From positions 7,475 to 71,474 of the IMG/VR virus record IMGVR_UViG_3300025580_000012: 64,000 bases of DNA. One strand, written 5' to 3'. Position numbers and translations under genes: made by a program. A model generated the notes under the pieces. That model had not been told where the DNA came from and ran no database searches. It was given only the letters and a program-made list of their open reading frames with translations. Every line of letters starts with the position of its first letter. Positions within the stretch are counted from its first letter, which is position 1. Below are positions 26,815 through 34,632 of the stretch, one piece after another. The stretch comes from a virus. Lineage: Duplodnaviria; Caudoviricetes.

Positions 26815-26956
26815 AACCTTGACGGCCGTCTGAAAAGGTGGGATCTTACCGGGCAATCACCCGGACGGGTCTGTCAAGTCCTCCGGCGACGGGCGAAAGC
26901 CAGTAGTACGACATCTTCTCCCGATGTAGTCGCGCGCGTCGCACGGAGGCACGGAC

Positions 26957-29140
26957 GTGAAGACGAGACACCTGGCCGAGATCCACGGGGCACCCTCATC
27001 GTTCGACCGGCTCATCAACTCGGAGCTGGGTCGCAAGTATCTGGGGCGGGCGCGGGCCGCCGAGGCGGCTGCCCGACAGGCCGCCCACGAGGCGGCCACC
27101 AGGCCACCCACCCCGCACGTCACGGTCGTGCGACGCAAGATCGCCGACGCGCTCGCCGCCCAGCTCGCCAACGACCCCACCCCCTGCATCTCCAAGTTCG
27201 ACGCCGCCCAGCTCGCGACCAAGATGGCGCGCGAGAACGGGCGCGACTTCGGACTGCGGCGCGCCGCCCTGACGCTGCACCGCATCTGGACGATCGACAA
27301 GGAGGGGTCGCTGTCGATCCGGGATCTCGCGGAGCTTCGGAGGCGCGCGGCCGCCGATGCGCCCAAGAGCTTGGCCGGCGTCCTGTTCGACGAAGTCCTC
27401 CCGCAGGCCAGCTACCACAGGCTGCCGATCAAGCGGCTGGCCGCGTTGGCCTCGACGATCACCACGCAAGCCGACTACGACCGCGTCATCCGGATGAACG
27501 GGCTGGACGGCAGCGACCCGATCGCTCGCCGGTCCCGCGCCTACATCCTCGCGCAGGTGAACCGACAGGCGCAGTACAGCGACGAGGAGTTGGGGGTGGC
27601 GGGCGAAGACCCGAGCGACACGATGGTGGCGCCCGAGTCCTCCGGGGACGCCTGCGAGTGGTGCGAGAAGCCTGCCGACTCCCTCCAGGAGCGATGGGTA
27701 CCGCTTCCGCACCCGGGCGGCTCGACCAAGCGGCTCTGTCAGTCGTGCAGCGAGTCGCTGGAGGCAGCCAACTTCAAGCGTTCGCGGCAGGCCGGTGACG
27801 ATGGCAATGCCGGTGAGCAGGCGTGGCACCCGGACGTCCCCGAGGACGGCCAGATCGGCGAGGACGCCGTCCACGTCGAGGCCCAGCGAGGTCTACCCAG
27901 CGCATCTGATCGCTCTGCAAGGCGGCAGGCCAAGCGGCACTACTGCGAGCAGTGCGGCGCCGACGTGACCGACGAGGAGTGTCCCCACTGGGACTACGAG
28001 GGCAAGAAGGCGGACAAGCCCAGCGAGCCCGAGTTCAAGCCGGCCCCCATCGTCCAGCAGCACGAAGCGACCGACCAGGAGGGTGTTGCCTTGCCCGACG
28101 CCGACATGACGAAGCTGTCGCGTGACCAGCGGCGCGCCCGCCTCAAGGCCGCCCTCAAGAAGGTCAGGCGGGCCATGACGGCCGAGCAGGTCCGCGCCCT
28201 CAAGGCCAACCTGTTCGACTGGATGACGAGGACGGCGGACGACTCGGCCGACGAGGAGCTGGCCGAGGACGTCGAGGATGTCGTCAACGAGCACATGACC
28301 GAGAACGCCCCCGAGGAGCTGAGCGAGGGGCACAAGCCGTGGGCCAAGAAGATGTCGCGCGCCCGCATCGAGGCCGCCATCCTGGATGGCCGGACCGTCA
28401 AGGTCGCCGGCTACGCCATCCGGCTGGCAAGCCGGAAGGGTCACGACCAGGTCGAGATGACGGCCCGCGGGGAGCCGCCGATGGCCTGGCCGCTCCGCCG
28501 GATGACGGCGGCGATCGACTACTACGCGAAGGTGGTGGAGGGGCAGGCGGACGAGGGACACACTTGTGATTCTTGCGCGCTTGTGGGGCAGGAGACGCCG
28601 GCCACCGAGTCCCGCGAGGTTGGACCCGGTGACTACCAAATGTCGTCGGGCGGTACCGCGTGGCTTTGCGACGAGTGTGTCGCCGAGCACGACAAGTCGG
28701 CGAGCCGGCACGGCCAGTTCGACCCGTCCGTCAACCAGCAACAGGACGATGCCGTCAAGCCGCCCGCCGCCAAGCACCCGCTCGACGAGGAGTCGTCCGC
28801 GAAGGACGTCGACTCCCTCGAACCCTCCAGCATCCTCGACAGCCATCCCGCCCAGGATCAGGCTGGCACGTCGGAGCCGTCCGACGACATGTCGGGCGTG
28901 AACGACGAGGAGGGGTTCGCCGACCCATCGGTCAAGCCCCACCACCCCACCACCGACCAGTCGGGCGTCTCGCTGCCCGCCACCGACCTGGGTCCCCACT
29001 CCAGCGGCGACGAGCCGGCCGCCTTCGAGGTGGACGTGTCGCCCGGCAGGTCCGCCGCGCGGGTCGATCGTTCGGCCCTCCGGGAGGCGATGCGCGGGAC
29101 CTTCCGGCACGTTCGCCCCACCGACCCCGAGAACGTCTGA
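26957..29140 (+). CDS. Large acidic putative virion/internal protein with Zn-finger modules
   Basis: RBS GGAGG; CEWC, CQSC, CEQC, CDSC, CDEC; linkers RQAQ, RQAG, RTAD. Confidence 0.75.
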   Translation: MKTRHLAEIHGAPSSFDRLINSELGRKYLGRARAAEAAARQAAHEAATRPPTPHVTVVRRKIADALAAQLANDPTPCISKFDAAQLATKMARENGRDFGLRRAALTLHRIWTIDKEGSLSIRDLAELRRRAAADAPKSLAGVLFDEVLPQASYHRLPIKRLAALASTITTQADYDRVIRMNGLDGSDPIARRSRAYILAQVNRQAQYSDEELGVAGEDPSDTMVAPESSGDACEWCEKPADSLQERWVPLPHPGGSTKRLCQSCSESLEAANFKRSRQAGDDGNAGEQAWHPDVPEDGQIGEDAVHVEAQRGLPSASDRSARRQAKRHYCEQCGADVTDEECPHWDYEGKKADKPSEPEFKPAPIVQQHEATDQEGVALPDADMTKLSRDQRRARLKAALKKVRRAMTAEQVRALKANLFDWMTRTADDSADEELAEDVEDVVNEHMTENAPEELSEGHKPWAKKMSRARIEAAILDGRTVKVAGYAIRLASRKGHDQVEMTARGEPPMAWPLRRMTAAIDYYAKVVEGQADEGHTCDSCALVGQETPATESREVGPGDYQMSSGGTAWLCDECVAEHDKSASRHGQFDPSVNQQQDDAVKPPAAKHPLDEESSAKDVDSLEPSSILDSHPAQDQAGTSEPSDDMSGVNDEEGFADPSVKPHHPTTDQSGVSLPATDLGPHSSGDEPAAFEVDVSPGRSAARVDRSALREAMRGTFRHVRPTDPENV

Positions 29141-29157
29141 GGCCCTGGGAGGTCGCG

Positions 29158-32100
29158 ATGTCGACGCCGATCCGCCGCCAAGCCCGGCTCATCACCGATG
29201 AGTCGTTCCACCAGTCCCCCGAGGCCCACCGGCAAGCCGCCCGGGCCTCCTTCCAGCACCCCACCATCGAGCAGATCGGTCGCGGGCTCGTTCGAGCCGC
29301 CATCCACGGCGACGCCTTCACGGTGGCGGCGCGAGTGGCAGGTGCCCCGCCTGTCACCCGCGAGCCCCCGCCCGATGGCTACCCCGTCGCCGACGAGCCA
29401 GCCGATGGGACCGGGCAGCCCCGCATGGCCGCGCCCGGCACGATCGAGACGTGCCGGCGGATCGTCCAGAACCACCAGCACGAAGAGGTCGACGGCGTCG
29501 TACTCGACGCCCAGACGGCCAACATGCTCGTCCAGGTGTTCGACGCTCTCTCGCCGAAGAACCAGGCCAAGTTCGAGGCGATGGACCTGGCCGAGATGGT
29601 CGATGTCGGCTGGAAGGTGGTGGAGCGGTCGAAGACGGGTCGACGGCGCGCCCAGCTCGACCAGGCGTTCGAGGAGCTGACCGGGGAGCATCAAGCTCTC
29701 CCGGAGGGCCACCAGGACCGCGTCCACGCCCGCCAAGCCCAATCGCTCGCCGACTTCCAGTACGGCGACAAGGTCAAGCTGAAGAAGCCGTTCAGTCAGT
29801 CGATGCGGTCGTCAACCTGGACGGTGGTGGGGCCGGGGGGCGACAGCATGCTGCTCCAGTCGGACGCGGGCGCGAAGATCCGGATCAACGAGTACGAGGT
29901 CGAGTACGTCAAGAAGGTGGCAGGCCAGTGCCAGTGCGGCCAGCCCGACTGCATGTGGTGCGGGCCGTCCACCAAGCAGGAGAAGGACGCCCAGACGCCT
30001 GACGAGGAGGAGGTTCTCCGTGGGCTCGGCTGGTCGGACGCCGCCATCCAGCAGATGTCCGAGCGGCAGATCGAGATCATCCTCCAGAAGCAGACGAAGA
30101 ACCCCAGGCCCGTCGGGCTCGGGGGCGGCCCCACCGGCCAACCCGACGACCTCCCGATGGCGGCCGCCCGTCAGGCCCAAGCGTTCGAGTGCTCGTCGTG
30201 CGGGTGCCCCAAGGGCCGCCACGACGACATGGGGTGCCGGGAGTGTGAGTGCTCGGCGTCCTACGGGATCACCGATGACGCCGAGTGGGAGGACCGGGAG
30301 CGTCAGGTCGACCAGGTCCCCGGCGTCGATCCCGCGCAGGAACGGGACAACCCGTTCGGCCCCCAGCACGGCAGCCGATCGGCGCAGTCGCGTTCGTGCC
30401 CGACGTGTGGGACGTCGCTCGGCCGCTACATCCCCGGCTATCACGCGGAGACTGGATCGCGCTGCACGAGCTGCGCGGAGTGCCCGGCCCGCTGGAAGGC
30501 GCGGAACGACAGCACCGGCGAATCGGAGGGGAACCTCTGCGACGGTTGCAAGTCCATCCTGGCCGACGGGCCCGGTTCCATCCTGACGGTCGAGCCGCTT
30601 GCGTCCTCCGGGAAGGACCGGTGGGACGACTGCCAGAAGTGCCGGGGGGATGGGTGCGGCGAGTGCGACTACACCGGCCTCATCGAGAAGGCCGCTCAGC
30701 AGAACCCCATCGAGCCCGAGCAGTCGGCGCCCGCCAGCCAACCGGGCGCCCCCGGTCCAGCCGATCCAGGTGGCGAGCAGGCCCTTCCCCCCGGTGAACC
30801 GCCCGTCCAGGGGGCCGAGCCGCCCGGACAGCAGCCCGGACAGCAGGGACTCGGGGAATCGAAGCGCAACCCCGCCCGCACCAAGGAGGTGTGGGACGAG
30901 GGGGGCAAGTTCTCCCGAGAGGTCGAGGCCGATGGGGTCGACGAACTCGTTCGGATCCACCGCGAGCTGAACGACATGGGGCTGACGCGTTCGCCCGACC
31001 AGCCTCAGCCGGCCGAGCAACAAGCCGCCCCCCAGCAGATGGCCCCCCAGGTCCCCGCTCCGCAGGGCCAGCCGGCCGTGCAGGCTCGGCGGGCCCAGAT
31101 GTTCGACGAGTGGGATGACGAGGGTGGGGGCGGCCAGGAAGCATGCCCCCTGTGCGACGCGCCTGTCCCGCAGTGGTCGCCGGGCACCGGGACGTGCAAC
31201 GCGTGCGGCTACGACGCCGAGGGGATGGCGGGCGTGGACGACTCGGTCGGCGGCGACCCCCTGTTCGAGGAGTACGCGACCGCCCTGGAGAAGTGCTCGG
31301 GGCCGGGATGCCCCCAGCAGGCCGACACGGGCGAAGAAGGTCCCGAGCAGGGCGACGAGTTCGGCTACAAGCCGAAGCGCAAGCAGCCCAGCGGAGCGCC
31401 GCCCGCGGGCGCGCCCGTAGGGGTCGGGACGCCCGGGCCGATGGGGGCAAGTCGGATGGCCCAGGAGGACGACGCCCCCCTCACCGAGCACGACATCGTT
31501 GCGGCTGCCCGGTGGCTCGCGCGGAAGTACGGGCTCGACAACCAGGAGGCCCGCGAGCTGGCCGGTCATCCCCGCTCCAGCGAGATCATCGCGCGGGTCG
31601 AGCGGTGGCGAGAGGGGAACGGCCTGCCCGCCCCCAACTCCCCGCTCTCCCGTGGCCGTCTGCTCGATGAGCTGCGGCGAGGTGTGAAGCAGGCCCAGCA
31701 GGAGCGCCCGTGTAGCTGTACGCACGCGAAGGCCGACCACGATGACGGCACGGGCCCGTGCAACAACCCGGACTGCTGGATGGGTTGCACCCAGTTCTTC
31801 ACGGGCCCGGAGCCCCGCCCGATCCCCGGCATGGAGGATTGGTTCAAGGACGAGCTGGGTGAGGACGGCATGGAGCAGGAGGGGCAGGCGTGGGCCGAGA
31901 CGTCCACGACGCCCATGAAGGCCGCCGACGACCACATCCCGACCCTCGAAGACGATGACGATGGCACCCCGTCGTTCTACTCGGCGTCGGTTGCGCGGAT
32001 CGCACAGGTCGACCCGAACTGCCCGGACTGCCACGGGACGGGCGCGTGCTCAGCGTGCGACGGCGGCTTCAACTACGGCGAGCCCGGAGATTTCGAGAAC

Positions 32101-33321
32101 CTTCCGGAGTGCCCGGTATGCTACGAGTCCGGTGAGTGCCAGACGTGCGGGCCGGCCGGCGCGATGGTCGTGGACGACTCGGGCTACGAGGATGAGGTAC
32201 CAGGAGGCGGCGGTCCGGTCGACGAGTCGGATGGGTCGATCGAAGCCCGCGAAGAGTACAAGCCGTACTCCAGCCCGGGCGCCCTCCAGTTCCCCGTGCC
32301 GGTCCTGTGCGAGGACTGCCGGACCAAGTTCTCGATCAACGGGCCGGACGACTGGTTCAAGTGCCCGTCGTGTGGGTCCGAACACGTCAACATGACGGAC
32401 CCGTCCCTCAAGGCGGCGTTCCGCCGGTGGCTCGTCGCCCAAAGCGGTCGCCACTGTGACGGTTGCGACGCCCTCATCGACGGTCCGGTCAAGAAGGTCC
32501 GGGACGATCTGGATCCGGGTCAGTTCCACCTCGTCTGCCCCGACTGTGCCGCGAAGGTCGAGCGGGGCGAACCCGTCGACTGGCAGCACAGCACACCAAG
32601 CGAGTGGAACTGGAAGCAGTCGGAAGCGCCGCTCGGTGGCCCCGCTCCCGTCTCGGACAAACCGACCGGTGAGGACGTGTTCGACGACGAGGTGTTCGAG
32701 CAGGTGGCCGCCTGGTACGACTCGATCGACGACGAGAAGTTCAAGCTGAAGATGAAGGAGAAGGACAAGGGCAAGGCCGAGCCCTCCGAGTCGAACGATG
32801 ACGAGCACGTCGCCCGGATGGCTCAAGCTCAGGACGAGGGCGAGTGCCGCGTTTGTGGTGCCTACCCGAAGCCTCTCGACGAGAAGGGCCGGTGTCCTGT
32901 TTGTGCAGAGGCGGAGAGTACGGGTCTCGTGGATGTGACGCCGTCCGGCTACCCACACAGGCGGCGTTCGAGCGATCGTCGCCGCGCCCAACCGATCGGC
33001 ATGCCTCCGGCAGCGGCCGGCATCACGTTCGACAAGTCGAACGAGCGGTCCGAGGGCGACCGGGTCGTCTGGGATCTGTCCTGGGAGCCCGAGTCGCTCG
33101 CCATGCTATCGGGGTCGGGCATCGAGCAGCAGATCCGCTCGTGGGTCCTGCGGGACGTGTCGAACGAGAAGGACACCAACCAGCCCGGCACCAAGAACTG
33201 GGGGACGATTGCTGACGTGACCATCGAAGACATCGACGCGGATGCGGGCATCGCAACCGTCTCGTTCATGTCGAGCGAGCAGGCGAGCCCGCAAGTCGCG
33301 CCCGCCGAGGCGACCGAGTAG
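29158..33321 (+). CDS. Mosaic polyprotein-like virion protein (about 1387 aa) with many Zn-finger modules
   Basis: RBS GGAGG then ATG at 29158; 12 [RK]xAQ linkers; more than 15 CxxC pairs; the ORF-track start at 28660 is an upstream shadow extension. Confidence 0.8.
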   Translation: MSTPIRRQARLITDESFHQSPEAHRQAARASFQHPTIEQIGRGLVRAAIHGDAFTVAARVAGAPPVTREPPPDGYPVADEPADGTGQPRMAAPGTIETCRRIVQNHQHEEVDGVVLDAQTANMLVQVFDALSPKNQAKFEAMDLAEMVDVGWKVVERSKTGRRRAQLDQAFEELTGEHQALPEGHQDRVHARQAQSLADFQYGDKVKLKKPFSQSMRSSTWTVVGPGGDSMLLQSDAGAKIRINEYEVEYVKKVAGQCQCGQPDCMWCGPSTKQEKDAQTPDEEEVLRGLGWSDAAIQQMSERQIEIILQKQTKNPRPVGLGGGPTGQPDDLPMAAARQAQAFECSSCGCPKGRHDDMGCRECECSASYGITDDAEWEDRERQVDQVPGVDPAQERDNPFGPQHGSRSAQSRSCPTCGTSLGRYIPGYHAETGSRCTSCAECPARWKARNDSTGESEGNLCDGCKSILADGPGSILTVEPLASSGKDRWDDCQKCRGDGCGECDYTGLIEKAAQQNPIEPEQSAPASQPGAPGPADPGGEQALPPGEPPVQGAEPPGQQPGQQGLGESKRNPARTKEVWDEGGKFSREVEADGVDELVRIHRELNDMGLTRSPDQPQPAEQQAAPQQMAPQVPAPQGQPAVQARRAQMFDEWDDEGGGGQEACPLCDAPVPQWSPGTGTCNACGYDAEGMAGVDDSVGGDPLFEEYATALEKCSGPGCPQQADTGEEGPEQGDEFGYKPKRKQPSGAPPAGAPVGVGTPGPMGASRMAQEDDAPLTEHDIVAAARWLARKYGLDNQEARELAGHPRSSEIIARVERWREGNGLPAPNSPLSRGRLLDELRRGVKQAQQERPCSCTHAKADHDDGTGPCNNPDCWMGCTQFFTGPEPRPIPGMEDWFKDELGEDGMEQEGQAWAETSTTPMKAADDHIPTLEDDDDGTPSFYSASVARIAQVDPNCPDCHGTGACSACDGGFNYGEPGDFENLPECPVCYESGECQTCGPAGAMVVDDSGYEDEVPGGGGPVDESDGSIEAREEYKPYSSPGALQFPVPVLCEDCRTKFSINGPDDWFKCPSCGSEHVNMTDPSLKAAFRRWLVAQSGRHCDGCDALIDGPVKKVRDDLDPGQFHLVCPDCAAKVERGEPVDWQHSTPSEWNWKQSEAPLGGPAPVSDKPTGEDVFDDEVFEQVAAWYDSIDDEKFKLKMKEKDKGKAEPSESNDDEHVARMAQAQDEGECRVCGAYPKPLDEKGRCPVCAEAESTGLVDVTPSGYPHRRRSSDRRRAQPIGMPPAAAGITFDKSNERSEGDRVVWDLSWEPESLAMLSGSGIEQQIRSWVLRDVSNEKDTNQPGTKNWGTIADVTIEDIDADAGIATVSFMSSEQASPQVAPAEATE

Positions 33322-33331
33322 GAGAGGAACG

Positions 33332-33733
33332 ATGGCGACCATCAAGGAATGGGTGTTCGAGAACGTCTCCAACGCGTTCGTCTCGATCAAGACGGGCAAC
33401 GCGGTCCTGGGGCTGGCGCCCCGGTCGATCCGGCCGGTGGCCGCGTTCTTCCGGCGGGCCGGAGGTGGTCCCGACGTCGACGCGGCTCGCGCGAGCGAGT
33501 CGGTCCGGGGGCTCGTCGACGGGGGCTCGCTCAAGCTGTACGAGCGGGACATGACCCCCAAGGCGGGCAACACGGGACGCGTGTGGAACGAGTCGGACCC
33601 CGAGGAGGTCCGGGTCCAGAAGGTTCTGGACCACCGTCGTCGGGTCAAGGAGGGGATCGCCGCCGGCAAGCCGGCCGAGGTCAAGCCCGCCGCCGACGTG
33701 GAAGTCAAGCGGGCCAAGACGGTCAAGGAGTAG
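33332..33733 (+). CDS. Hypothetical virion-associated protein
   Basis: RBS GGAGAGG; N-terminus distantly resembles the 20029/20805/58074 domain. Confidence 0.7.
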   Translation: MATIKEWVFENVSNAFVSIKTGNAVLGLAPRSIRPVAAFFRRAGGGPDVDAARASESVRGLVDGGSLKLYERDMTPKAGNTGRVWNESDPEEVRVQKVLDHRRRVKEGIAAGKPAEVKPAADVEVKRAKTVKE

Positions 33734-33737
33734 GACG

Positions 33738-34628
33738 GTGGCGACCGAAAAGGCGATCGTCAACGTCAGCCAGGCGATCGTGTCGCTCGCGCAGGGTCGC
33801 CTCATGCCTGGCGGCATCTTCCGGGTGGCCGACTACTTCCGGCGCGACGAAGACGTCCGCTCGGACGTGACGCTCCAGAAGTTCCTGCGGGCCGGCTACG
33901 TCTCCATCCAGGACATCGACTTCCAGGCGCTCGCCCAGGCCCGCGAGGCCGTCCACCAGGCCGACCTCGACCGGGCCGCCGAGTTGGCTGGCCAGGCGGA
34001 CGCCGAACGGGCCCGCCGGGCCGCCCAGGAGGCCGCCCAGCAGCACGCCAGCCTCGTGGCCGAGGGGAAGGCGCTGGCCGCCAGGGAGGCCCAGGTAGCC
34101 GCCCAGGCCGTCCAGGAGGCTGCCCCGTCCGCCCCGCCCCCCGACAACCTCGATGTCCTGTTCGAGACGTCTCGCAAGCAGCGGATCGCCCTCAAGCAGG
34201 CGGAGCGCGAACGGGCCGTCGAGGCCCCCACCGCCGGCCCCCGCGAGACCAGCGAGGACCGGATGGTTTCGCCCGAAGACCTGCTCGACATGCACAAGGA
34301 GGCGCAGGCCGCCCCGCCGGTCGAGCCCCTGACGGAGCGGGGGCTGGTCGGGTTCCAGGGCGGGTTCCAGGAGGAAGACCTCACTCCCGTCGAGGTCCCC
34401 GTCCCACACCCGACCCCCTTGCCGGCCGTCCCGGAGGCCCTTCGGGACACCCCGGTCGCCCCCGAGGTCTTCACCCTCGATGACCTGACGGACGACCAGC
34501 TCCGTCGGGTCGCCGTCGTGTTCGAGGTGAAGGGGGCGAAGAAGGCGAAGCGGGCCGTCCTCCTCAAGGCCATCGAGGCGCTCGGCCTCAACGAATCCCA
34601 GCTCCGCGAGATCCTCGCCGAGGAGTAG
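33738..34628 (+). CDS. Hypothetical protein with coiled coil and acidic Pro-rich region
   Basis: GC3-rich ORF; N-terminal NVSQAIVSL..L.PGG pattern. Confidence 0.7.
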   Translation: MATEKAIVNVSQAIVSLAQGRLMPGGIFRVADYFRRDEDVRSDVTLQKFLRAGYVSIQDIDFQALAQAREAVHQADLDRAAELAGQADAERARRAAQEAAQQHASLVAEGKALAAREAQVAAQAVQEAAPSAPPPDNLDVLFETSRKQRIALKQAERERAVEAPTAGPRETSEDRMVSPEDLLDMHKEAQAAPPVEPLTERGLVGFQGGFQEEDLTPVEVPVPHPTPLPAVPEALRDTPVAPEVFTLDDLTDDQLRRVAVVFEVKGAKKAKRAVLLKAIEALGLNESQLREILAEE

Positions 34629-34632
34629 CGCC

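Noticed and set aside
26815-26956. Assignment of this element to a known riboswitch or ribozyme (c-di-GMP-I, hammerhead, ZTP)
   Set aside because: Only fragments match (CTCCGGC, CTGAAAAG); the required conserved cores are absent. Kept only as an unassigned structured element
28660-29157. Upstream extension of the 1553-aa ORF
   Set aside because: Overlaps 26957-29140 in another frame; a strong GGAGG precedes ATG 29158
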